NCBI GenBank assembly: GCA_049599895.1
Contig: JBMYPC010000076.1
Location: forward strand, 1 to 14,900
Direction of reading: 5' to 3'
DNA: 14,900 bases
Source of the DNA: Bacteriovoracaceae bacterium
Lineage (GTDB): Bacteria > Bdellovibrionota > Bacteriovoracia > Bacteriovoracales > Bacteriovoracaceae
The number at the start of each line of letters is the position of its first letter. Position 1 is the first letter of the stretch. Below, piece by piece: positions 1 through 7,248 of this stretch. The translations under genes were made by a program, and so were the position numbers. Below the pieces are notes generated by a model that saw nothing but the letters and a program-made list of their open reading frames with translations, made no database searches and had not been told where the DNA came from.

Positions 1-11
1 AAGGACAATTT

Positions 12-1265
12 ATGAAAAGATTCAGACCAAAATACTATGAAGAAATAAAAATACCTCATGTAAGGGACCTAGACCCCTCGCTAAAGCCATTTTTTGAGAA
101 AAAGCTATCAGAGGACAGGAATATTGTTTGTCTCTTTATGCTACTTTCTAGTGCCTTATATTTGACTTTTAAACTAAGTCCTTACGCTAAAGAGTTATCA
201 AAATTTATTGAGGCTATCCCATTTCTTGGTTCTCCTTTTGTAACTTCATTTTTAGTAACTTTGATTTTTTCTTTTTTAATTGTCGTTATCAAGAAGTCGG
301 CAAAATATAAGTTGTATCAAATCCCAGAGCTTGAGGGTGAAAAACCTTTTTGGGTTCAACGAATTTCAAAAAGCTGTGCCAAGGTCTTTTCTATTCTGAT
401 TGCTGCTTTTTTTGAGATTTCCAGAGTATTGCTTTTAGACATTAAGAATAAAAATAACCCGCGCCCACAGGCAATAATAATTCCTCTTCTGGTGGCAATT
501 ACCCCTTATGTATATAAAACAGATTATCTTACTATAAATACAATGTTTCTAACTTATTCAATATTATTTCCTTTGTTTTTGGTTTTTGTTTACCTGTTGA
601 AAAGAGTGATCTTTAGTGCTGTTTTTAGTTCACTTTCTGTTAGATCAGACTCAATCAAAAGTATGGAGGAGCTAAAGGAGTCGTTTTCAAGAGTATTTCA
701 ATTCTACAAAGAAAATTCTAAAAATTTAAGCAGAGGCGATATTTCACTGACTCCCAAGGGATTATCAACAGCTGGTTTTTGCTACCTTGCAAGTTCATTT
801 CTTAAAATTTCTCTATATTGTAGAGATAGAAATCAAAAGTTAGATAAAATCTTTGTTCTAGGAGGACAATTCTTGCTTTACGCCAGAAATGCAAGCTTTT
901 GGCTTTTGGTAAATTGGAATTTGCTCGCAATCTTGGTGATTGAGTTGGTCATTGGCTTGGTCGGGTTGTGGTTGATTCGAGAAGCCCTCGTGCAGGGGGT
1001 AGTAATTTATAAGAATTTTCAACTAAAAAATATTTTTAACTTTGAACAATACAAGCTATTCTTTGAGCACATGATTTTCCTCTCTGCAAGTACTGTTACA
1101 TCACATTCATGGATCAAAAGCAGCCTCTTTTCAAAGAGACTCCAAGAGTGCCTAGTCATTATTAATAAAATCGAATTTCAGAACCAAGTTAAAATTGCAA
1201 AAAAGCATTTTAATTCCAACCCAAAGAATCCCAGCAGAAGAAAAATTGGCTTAATTAGAAGTTAA
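12..1265 (+). CDS. Hypothetical polytopic membrane protein (417 aa)
   Basis: Long ORF with AAGGA RBS at 1-5. Several hydrophobic segments (IVCLFMLLSSALYLTF, FVTSFLVTLIFSFLIVVI, FLTYSILFPLFLVFVYLL, LLAILVIELVIGLVGLWLI). No family motif recognised. The 3' end overlaps the convergent kinase gene by 15 nt. Confidence 0.75.
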   Translation: MKRFRPKYYEEIKIPHVRDLDPSLKPFFEKKLSEDRNIVCLFMLLSSALYLTFKLSPYAKELSKFIEAIPFLGSPFVTSFLVTLIFSFLIVVIKKSAKYKLYQIPELEGEKPFWVQRISKSCAKVFSILIAAFFEISRVLLLDIKNKNNPRPQAIIIPLLVAITPYVYKTDYLTINTMFLTYSILFPLFLVFVYLLKRVIFSAVFSSLSVRSDSIKSMEELKESFSRVFQFYKENSKNLSRGDISLTPKGLSTAGFCYLASSFLKISLYCRDRNQKLDKIFVLGGQFLLYARNASFWLLVNWNLLAILVIELVIGLVGLWLIREALVQGVVIYKNFQLKNIFNFEQYKLFFEHMIFLSASTVTSHSWIKSSLFSKRLQECLVIINKIEFQNQVKIAKKHFNSNPKNPSRRKIGLIRS

Positions 1266-2492
1266 GCAGGCTTTAGTCACGTCTCCATCTTGTTTAATTT
1301 CAAACGAAAAGCCATTTAATTTTGAAAACTCTTGAACAATTTTCAGCCCTTGCCCCGCTCCCTTCTCTCCAAGAGTTCCCTCTTTTATGGAGTCATCTGT
1401 GTAGCCAATGCCAGCATTTTCGATAGAGATAAGGATTTTTCCTTCACACTTTTGAGCCCTGAGAGTTATCTCTGAGTTGGGACTTGAGAACTTTATTGCG
1501 TTCGATATCAGGTTGCCAAGTATTTGATTGTTAAACTGTGATCTATTTACATTAAGAGAAAGATCACTTGATGAATCCATAACAAAAGATAAATTTTTCT
1601 CAACTAGTTTTGATTCATACTTGTCTCTCAGAAGCTTAAATGAATCACTCATTAGCACTGACTCTTTCTTGGCTTCGACCTTTTGCGTATCAAGATCCAT
1701 TGCATTTTGAAGAATAGATTTAATTTCTTCAGATAACTGGTAAACCTTTTCTTTAGATTTTTGATCTAGAGCTTTCTGCCCACTAAGTTCTAAATATCCT
1801 GACAAAAGAGATGTGTTTCTTCCTAGGTCATGAAAAAGAACTGTTAAAAGCTTTTCTTTTTCAGATTTTTCTAGTTCAAGCTCTTTAGCTTGGATAGTAA
1901 TTTTAGATTGAAGTTTCTTTCTGTTGTAAGAATAAAAGCCGAACATCATAAAAAATAATAATGGACCAGTAAAAAGGTTGGATTGACCAACATTATAAAT
2001 ATGCCAATCGGACCAATCGTTTAGCTGAATACCTTGCCTTTTTACAAGTTCCATAACAACAATAGAGAACAATGCTGAAGCAAGTGACCAAAGTCCACCA
2101 TACCTTATCCCAAGTAAGGTTACAGAAATAATAGGAATGGCTGTAAGCCAAATAATAGTGGGGTTTATATTTGCCCCAGCATTTATATAGCTTGACTGCA
2201 GTCCCATTACTGTAAGGAGAATAATAACATTGTACGATGTGTTCTTGCTTAAGTATTTTCTCTTGTTGAGAAATAAGATTATTGATTGTAGTGCAAATGA
2301 GGTAAAGCAAAAGAATGAAATTGCATAAAGTCCAATTAATCCACAATAAATGGTTTGAACAATCCACATATAAAGACATGTGACCACAAAGCCTGTTTTT
2401 ATATAGTCTTCTTCCTGTTGGTCACCTCTTGAGCAGATTTCAATTAAATATAAATGTGTTTCAAGCAGTCTATTGGCTAGCCTTGATAACAT
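1251..2492 (-). CDS. Membrane-bound sensor histidine kinase (about 5 TM N-terminus, HisKA-like and HATPase_c domains)
   Basis: H-box LFHDLG, N-box QILGNLISNAIKFS, G1-like ENAGIG, G2 GTLGEKGAGQGL. Multiple N-terminal TM helices. Overlaps the upstream response regulator by 16 nt. Confidence 0.92.
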   Translation of the reverse strand: MLSRLANRLLETHLYLIEICSRGDQQEEDYIKTGFVVTCLYMWIVQTIYCGLIGLYAISFFCFTSFALQSIILFLNKRKYLSKNTSYNVIILLTVMGLQSSYINAGANINPTIIWLTAIPIISVTLLGIRYGGLWSLASALFSIVVMELVKRQGIQLNDWSDWHIYNVGQSNLFTGPLLFFMMFGFYSYNRKKLQSKITIQAKELELEKSEKEKLLTVLFHDLGRNTSLLSGYLELSGQKALDQKSKEKVYQLSEEIKSILQNAMDLDTQKVEAKKESVLMSDSFKLLRDKYESKLVEKNLSFVMDSSSDLSLNVNRSQFNNQILGNLISNAIKFSSPNSEITLRAQKCEGKILISIENAGIGYTDDSIKEGTLGEKGAGQGLKIVQEFSKLNGFSFEIKQDGDVTKACLTSN

Positions 2493-3163
2493 AGAGAAAG
2501 ACCAGAATTTCTTTTAGCTGAAATACTAACTCCTGCTGGACCTAGCTTTTTTCTAAGATTTGTTAATGTTGTATTAAAATTATTGTCTGTAACAATCTTG
2601 TCCTTACTAAAAGCGGACTTTATTAGTTCTTTTTTTGATATTAACTTCTTTGATAGTGACAAGGTTTCAATAATTTTCACCTCGGTATCAGTAAACTCAA
2701 ATGGAATGCTCAGTTTTGGATATATGGACTTATTACTCTCTTTGTTTATTACAAGCAATAGACTCCCTGAATCTACAAGTTTTATTACCTTTGATTGTGA
2801 AATAGATTTTTTCACTCTTGCCATTATTTCATCATTGGACATATAGGTGCTTATAAGTTCAACACCTTTATTGATTATAGATTCATCAATAACGCTCTTG
2901 TTTAATGATGAGGTCTTAAAAATAATGCTTAGATGCTTATATCTATCTTGTGACATAAAGAAGTCGTAAACTTCAAAACCATTAATCTCTGGCATGAATA
3001 TATCGCATAAAATAAGGTCGTATTTGAATTTATCACTTTCTAGAATCGATAATGCTTCATTTAACGTGTTTACTGCGTCAATATTAAACTCAACTTCAAA
3101 AACTTGGCTGTATAGATCAATAAAATTCTGATTATCATCAATTATTAAGATATTCTTTTTCAT
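2477..3163 (-). CDS. Response regulator, OmpR-like (receiver plus winged-helix DNA-binding domain)
   Basis: ILIIDD acidic pocket and phospho-acceptor LILCDIFMPEING. C-terminal FTDTEVKII...TDNNFNTTLTNLRKKL...ISAKRNSG follows the Trans_reg_C pattern. Confidence 0.92.
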   Translation of the reverse strand: MKKNILIIDDNQNFIDLYSQVFEVEFNIDAVNTLNEALSILESDKFKYDLILCDIFMPEINGFEVYDFFMSQDRYKHLSIIFKTSSLNKSVIDESIINKGVELISTYMSNDEIMARVKKSISQSKVIKLVDSGSLLLVINKESNKSIYPKLSIPFEFTDTEVKIIETLSLSKKLISKKELIKSAFSKDKIVTDNNFNTTLTNLRKKLGPAGVSISAKRNSGLSLCYQG

Positions 3164-3437
3164 GAGTAAATTTAAGCATTTCTATAAAGTAAAATCAATT
3201 ACCACATAGAGCTAACTTCTTAAAAACAGGTCAAAAGTAAAGCGTTTTACCTTATGATAATTCGTTTTTGAGCGATCATATACCTAGACAGAAAATATTC
3301 AAGAATAGAAAGCTTAGCTTAAAAAAGTCAAAGTAAACATCAAGCCTTCGGTTTTTGCAAAATGTTGACTTAGGCTTTTTATTCGCTGCCTTCTTGTTGC
3401 TTGAATTATTCAGGCAAGTTTTAAAGGAGACATGTTT

Positions 3438-4400
3438 ATGAAAAAAATGGTTATTTTATTAAGTATTGCAACCTTAATCACCTCATGTGGAAGCGATTCA
3501 TCACCTAGTGCTGGAGGCTCTTCTTCGAGTGCGGTAAGTATGAAGTTTTTTGACAGCTTGGTTTCTGGGCTAAAGTACAAAACTCAAGCTGGTGATGAGG
3601 GATTAACTTCTTCAGGGACTCTCAGTTGCATTCCAAACGAGTTAGTTGAGTTTTATATAGGGGATTTCAGGCTTGGCTCAGGAGTGAGTTGCGGAGAGAA
3701 AACAGTACTACCGACAGATCTCTTTGCCTCAAGCACAATCACAAGCACAGAAGTAATTAATGTTGGAGTCCTCCTTCAAAGCTTGGATGATGACGGAAAT
3801 CCCAACAACGGAATAAATATTCCTTCAGCTGTATCAAATTTCGAGTACGCAAGTATTGACTTGAGTGATGCGACAGACGGAAACGCTGATTCAATACCTG
3901 ATGTAGCTGCATCCTTTTTGAGTGAAGTTAATTCTGACTCAGGAGCTACCATTACAAGCAAAACGACAACTCAAGTCTCTGCTCATTTTCAAATAAGCTT
4001 CGGCACAAATGGAACAATAAATAAAAGTTTTACTAATACAACCGAGCTAGGAGGAGCAGGGACATGCCCTACAGCATTCTCAGTAGAGATAAGCAATGAT
4101 ACTCTAGGCTTTTCAATCACTTCAGGCACTTTTAGCGTAGACTTAACCAAATTTACACAGTTAAGTGCGTCCAGAAACCTATCAAATAACAATTTTGACA
4201 TAGTTTATGAAAGTAGTGACCCCACTTTGGATAGTGGAGCATGTGCTGGAAATGGTGGCTTTGCAAAGTCTACATTAACAATAGATGGGGTTGCCTATTA
4301 TAACGCAGGAACACCGAACACGGATGGTAATTATACATATGTAGATACATGTGTTGACTCATCTACGGTGAATGTATGCGTTGGGTCTTGGGCACAGTAA
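3438..4400 (+). CDS. Surface lipoprotein, Ser/Thr/Gly-rich, adhesin-like
   Basis: AAGGAG at 3424-3429 is spaced 8 nt from ATG 3438, whereas ATG 3432 is only 2 nt away. MKK plus hydrophobic core plus lipobox LITSC, then a Ser/Gly linker. Motifs DSLVSGLKY and LLQSLDDDGNPNNGI resemble the N-terminal domain of proteobacterial surface lipoproteins. Several Cys residues that could pair. Confidence 0.85.
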   Translation: MKKMVILLSIATLITSCGSDSSPSAGGSSSSAVSMKFFDSLVSGLKYKTQAGDEGLTSSGTLSCIPNELVEFYIGDFRLGSGVSCGEKTVLPTDLFASSTITSTEVINVGVLLQSLDDDGNPNNGINIPSAVSNFEYASIDLSDATDGNADSIPDVAASFLSEVNSDSGATITSKTTTQVSAHFQISFGTNGTINKSFTNTTELGGAGTCPTAFSVEISNDTLGFSITSGTFSVDLTKFTQLSASRNLSNNNFDIVYESSDPTLDSGACAGNGGFAKSTLTIDGVAYYNAGTPNTDGNYTYVDTCVDSSTVNVCVGSWAQ

Positions 4401-4401
4401 T

Positions 4402-4635
4402 TCACCTCAAGGCTTCTTTGTAAGCAGAAGCCTTAACTATACCCAGAAGTTCTAAATATTCTTGATATTCATTTTTAGTCATAGAAAGCCTTGGTTTTGA
4501 CATCAAGGCTTTTTCTTTTTCAGAAAAGAAATAAAGATTTTGAAACTCTTTAGCTAAAGCCTTTTTGAATCTTTTTCTTAACAGGTACCTCTTTAAAAAC
4601 CTCATAACAACTAAATAGAGGTTTTCTAGCTTCAA
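4402..4635 (-). CDS. Small basic hypothetical protein (start uncertain; may be the later ATG, MRFLK...)
   Basis: Only ORF filling the gap. Its stop abuts the lipoprotein stop convergently. No motif and no clear RBS. Confidence 0.45.
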   Translation of the reverse strand: MKLENLYLVVMRFLKRYLLRKRFKKALAKEFQNLYFFSEKEKALMSKPRLSMTKNEYQEYLELLGIVKASAYKEALR

Positions 4636-4753
4636 TCACATTGTAAATATCTATTTTTTTAGTTTTTTTAAAAAAGCGGGTATTTACTAAAATATTTGCT
4701 TTTTTTCAGGCTCTAAACCCCCCAAAAATTGATAATTCAATAAAATTTACTAC

Positions 4754-4816
4754 AAGTTGGTTGAGCCTTACGCTGGCAGTGAAGAGGTTGTCGGTTCGAT
4801 CCCAGCTACCCCACCA
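4754..4816 (+). pseudogene. Degenerate tRNA-Ala(GGC) remnant lacking the 5' acceptor strand
   Basis: D-loop-like AGTTGGTTGAGC, anticodon loop CTGGCAG (GGC at 4775-4777), variable loop AGGT, T-arm GTCGG-TTCGATC-CCAGC with mismatches, 3' end CCCCACCA. The expected 5' GGGG... strand is replaced by AT-rich DNA. Confidence 0.75.
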
Positions 4817-4821
4817 GTTTC

Positions 4822-4846
4822 GATCTCCTGTCAAGGACAGGAGATC
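4822..4846. terminator. Perfect 11-bp hairpin, possible terminator
   Basis: GATCTCCTGTC-AAG-GACAGGAGATC, located 5 nt after the tRNA-like CCA and about 45 nt past the stop of the convergent 4891-5217 gene. The T-run is offset by 9 nt, so it is not canonical. Confidence 0.45.
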
Positions 4847-4890
4847 ATCGAACGGTTTTTTGATTCTTCTGAGATTCGATTCTTCTTCTT

Positions 4891-5217
4891 TTACTTAGTT
4901 GTGATTTCAAGTCCACACTTAGGAAACCAACCTGGTTTTGTAACAACACGCTTTACAGAGATTTCATTGTAGTTGAATTTTCCATTGATGATGTAGTCTT
5001 CTTCTCTGAAAGAAACCATACCTTCATCAGCATCATCTTCAATTAGGTCAACAATCAGTTTTGTTCTTCCGTCTTTCATTGCTACTGTATCAGCAAGCTC
5101 AACTTCTTCTACAAAACATGGAAGTGAAACAGTTGTTGTATTTCTTTCTACACCGTAAGCACTAGCATTTGAGATTAATAAAACATAAGATAATAAACCA
5201 ATTAATTTCGTTTTCAT
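4891..5217 (-). CDS. Small secreted hypothetical protein (108 aa)
   Basis: AAGGGG RBS at 5224-5229. Sec signal peptide MKTKLIGLLSYVLLISNASA. Two Cys that could form a disulfide. Confidence 0.85.
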   Translation of the reverse strand: MKTKLIGLLSYVLLISNASAYGVERNTTTVSLPCFVEEVELADTVAMKDGRTKLIVDLIEDDADEGMVSFREEDYIINGKFNYNEISVKRVVTKPGWFPKCGLEITTK

Positions 5218-5292
5218 AAAGTCCCCTTAGGACATTTGTTTTTAATTTTTATGTCTGAGTATATGTCACAGGTATTCTGGTGCTGTCATGAC

Positions 5293-5319
5293 TCAAGATT
5301 TTTCACTGTGAACCGATAG
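5293..5319 (+). promoter_or_regulatory. Putative sigma28 (FliA)-type promoter
   Basis: TCAAG-N14-ACCGATAG matches the TAAAG/TCAAG-N14-GCCGATAA consensus. It ends 7 nt before ATG 5327 and there is no SD. Confidence 0.6.
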
Positions 5320-5326
5320 TTCATAT

Positions 5327-6133
5327 ATGAACATTGGTGAAACACTCACAGATATTAGGCAAAAGCTGGGATACCCCAGTGCCAGGCAGTTTTATATATA
5401 TTTGGAGTCAACGGGATTGATTGATTTCAACTATTCATACTATGTAAGGCTCGAAAAAAAGAAGGCCATTCCTTCGGCGAATATTATTAATAATATTGGA
5501 AAAATTATAGGGGGGAGACAAGAAGATAAATTACTTATTGCTTATTGCCAAAGCCTTTTTCCCCACAAAAAAACGCTTTTTACTGAGGGGATGAAAAAAG
5601 AAAAACAGCAAGCAATTCAAGAGAGCTTTAGTACAACCGTGATCAAGCAAAAAGAACTTACTGTTAAGCAAGTTCATCAGATAGGGAAGTCAAAAGAGTA
5701 TTATTATCTTTTCTTGATTTTAACTTTGGCGAGAAACCCATTACCAAAAACAGACCTACAAGAACTTTATGGAAAAGAGACGACAGAGAGAATTTTAAAG
5801 GAAATGCAATCATCAAAGCTATTACAAATAATAGACGATCATGTTGTTTCCCTGGCGTCTGAAATGAAGTTTCCATCCAGAGATAAATCTCTTGATAAAC
5901 TATATAATAAACTAGATGAGTGGGATGGTGAGTTTTATAAGTTTTTTAATTTTAAGAATTCGAATCGAAAGTTTATGATAAAGAGGGTGACCCCTCAAAC
6001 GTTAAAGTTAATTGAAGCCCATTGTAATTTAGTCATTGATCTTATTCGTTCTGGAGATGAAAACCGTCCAGACCTTCTCGAAGATGTTATTATCTTTAAT
6101 TTAAATTTAGAGAAAGGTATTTTACCAGGGTAA
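5327..6133 (+). CDS. XRE-type HTH transcriptional regulator, possibly TIGR02147/DUF4423-like
   Basis: N-terminal IGETLTDIRQKLGYPSARQFY...YSYYVRLEKKKAIPS is a Cro/CI HTH pattern. Length of about 270 aa, a central YYYLFLILTL helix followed by a winged-helix-like segment, and divergent position relative to a secreted-protein gene fit that family. The family assignment is by recall only. Confidence 0.75.
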   Translation: MNIGETLTDIRQKLGYPSARQFYIYLESTGLIDFNYSYYVRLEKKKAIPSANIINNIGKIIGGRQEDKLLIAYCQSLFPHKKTLFTEGMKKEKQQAIQESFSTTVIKQKELTVKQVHQIGKSKEYYYLFLILTLARNPLPKTDLQELYGKETTERILKEMQSSKLLQIIDDHVVSLASEMKFPSRDKSLDKLYNKLDEWDGEFYKFFNFKNSNRKFMIKRVTPQTLKLIEAHCNLVIDLIRSGDENRPDLLEDVIIFNLNLEKGILPG

Positions 6134-6237
6134 AAGTAGTCCTTATTTCGGCAACTTTTCAATATGGGGTGACAAGTTGCGCTAATTAGTATTCAATCAA
6201 TCGATACTTTTAGTCATGAGTAAGCGAAGTATTTGCA

Positions 6238-6396
6238 TTATTTCAACAAAAACTGTCTGATTTTACGGATTAAACTTTTAGCATTTTCACGGCGAAGTTT
6301 CTTTGAGGACTTCTTGGCTTCTTCACGAGTTCCCCAAAAACCTCCTCCATTTTTTGCTCCAGTATGTTCAGTTTTCATTTTTCTCTGATGTCCCAT
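6238..6396 (-). CDS. 52-aa basic hypothetical peptide, third gene of the TA operon
   Basis: ATG at 6396 lies 1 nt after the antitoxin stop (TAA-T-ATG) with AAGG upstream. Sequence MGHQRKMKTEHTGAKNGGGFWGTREEAKKSSKKLRRENAKSLIRKIRQFLLK has 16 K/R. The longer ORF call from 6492 overlaps the antitoxin out of frame. Confidence 0.7.
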   Translation of the reverse strand: MGHQRKMKTEHTGAKNGGGFWGTREEAKKSSKKLRRENAKSLIRKIRQFLLK

Positions 6397-6397
6397 A

Positions 6398-6688
6398 TTA
6401 GCCAACCTTTTTCTTCTTTTTAATGACTTCCTTGTACTCAGGAAGACTTTGGTAGCCGTTAGGATATAAGAGTATTGTGGGGCTAATCTCAAGAAATGCT
6501 GAGAGTTTTATGGCCAGTTTTGGACCAACTTCCCTGCGGTTATTTTCAATCGCAGAAAGATTCGCTTGAGAAATTCCACAGGCCCAAGCAAGATCATCTT
6601 GAAGAATGTCAAAGTTCTTTCTAAAGGCCTTAATAATATCACCCGATTTAACATTTTTTGGTGAAATCAGCTTTAATGGATCTTTCAT
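6398..6688 (-). CDS. higA: HigA-like antitoxin, XRE/Cro-CI HTH
   Basis: SGDIIKAFRKNFDILQDDLAWACGISQANLSAIENNRREVGPKLAIKLSAFL is a classic HTH_3. Starts 2 nt after the toxin stop. Confidence 0.85.
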   Translation of the reverse strand: MKDPLKLISPKNVKSGDIIKAFRKNFDILQDDLAWACGISQANLSAIENNRREVGPKLAIKLSAFLEISPTILLYPNGYQSLPEYKEVIKKKKKVG

Positions 6689-6690
6689 AC

Positions 6691-6993
6691 TTACCTTTTA
6701 TAATCATGCTCGGGAGTTATCCGAGCAATTAAAATTTTTATAACCTGATCTTCTATTTTATAAATAATTCGTCCACTGTTGGAAAAGCAAGAAGATCTAT
6801 AGCCTTTCCAATTGTCGTAAAGTTCGTGATCATCCCATCGTCTTTCACCCTGAATTGACTCAGGTCCTTCCTCAGAAATTTGCCTAATCCAAGCGGCAAT
6901 AACGATACGGTCTTCAGAGGAAAGCTTCTTCTTTTTAACTAACTCTTCAACTTCTTTTTCTACCTTAGGAGACTCAAACTCTACTTTCCACAT
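6691..6993 (-). CDS. higB: RelE/HigB-superfamily mRNA interferase toxin
   Basis: N-terminal beta strand WKVEF, then DHELYDNWKGYRSS...GRIIYKI and C-terminal HDY, as in RelE/YafQ/YoeB/HigB folds. 100 aa, located upstream of an HTH antitoxin. Confidence 0.85.
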   Translation of the reverse strand: MWKVEFESPKVEKEVEELVKKKKLSSEDRIVIAAWIRQISEEGPESIQGERRWDDHELYDNWKGYRSSCFSNSGRIIYKIEDQVIKILIARITPEHDYKR

Positions 6994-6999
6994 TTACCA

Positions 7000-7028
7000 A
7001 ACTTAGCATGTCGCAAAGCACATGTCAA
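7000..7028 (-). promoter_or_regulatory. Sigma70 promoter of the TA operon
   Basis: Minus strand: TTGACA (7028-7023), 17-nt spacer, extended -10 TGcTAAGTT (7008-7000), then 6 nt to the ATG at 6993. Confidence 0.8.
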
Positions 7029-7042
7029 TGGTGACATGTGCT
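7017..7042. promoter_or_regulatory. Perfect inverted repeat, probable antitoxin operator
   Basis: AGCACATGTCA-ATGG-TGACATGTGCT overlaps the -35 box. An extra partial half-site CATGTC at 7007-7012 lies in the spacer. Confidence 0.8.
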
Positions 7043-7248
7043 CAAGAAACGTGGAAAAACATCTAGAAATATCAAATGGCTAAGTTTGGCTAACTTTAAA
7101 CTGTAGCTTACTGATATCACTCACAAATGGTTTCTGGCCCCGCAGGGGACTAGGAAGCGTCAGCGCCCGATGTTTAGAAGTTCCCTTACTTGAAATTAAA
7201 ATCAGTGCGAGACTATATAACCAATAACTATCCTTCTAAGGCACTGTA

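Noticed and set aside
1528..2846. ORFs 1528..1710, 1993..2379 and 2583..2846
   Set aside because: Shadow or alternate-frame ORFs inside the kinase and regulator genes, with no motifs.
4653..4676. T-run/A-run pseudo-palindrome
   Set aside because: Low-complexity homopolymers with no GC stem, so not a credible terminator.
4754..4816. Functional tRNA-Ala gene
   Set aside because: No 5' acceptor strand, broken anticodon and T stems, and a shortened 3' acceptor strand.
4757..4972. 71-aa plus-strand ORF (MVEPYAGSEEVVGSIP...)
   Set aside because: It is a translation of the tRNA remnant and hairpin, and overlaps the minus-strand secreted-protein gene.
3776..5876. ORFs 3776..3961, 3989..4201 and 5664..5876
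   Set aside because: Antisense shadows of the lipoprotein and HTH regulator genes.
6145..6172. Minus-strand GCCGAAAT as a sigma28 -10 element
   Set aside because: No TAAA-like -35 at the proper spacing, and it would point antisense into the regulator gene.
6397..6492. N-terminal extension of the 84-aa ORF 6238..6492, or a frameshift fusion to the antitoxin
   Set aside because: It lies out of frame within the antitoxin gene. The ATG at 6396 directly after the antitoxin stop is a simpler start, and I have no evidence for recoding.
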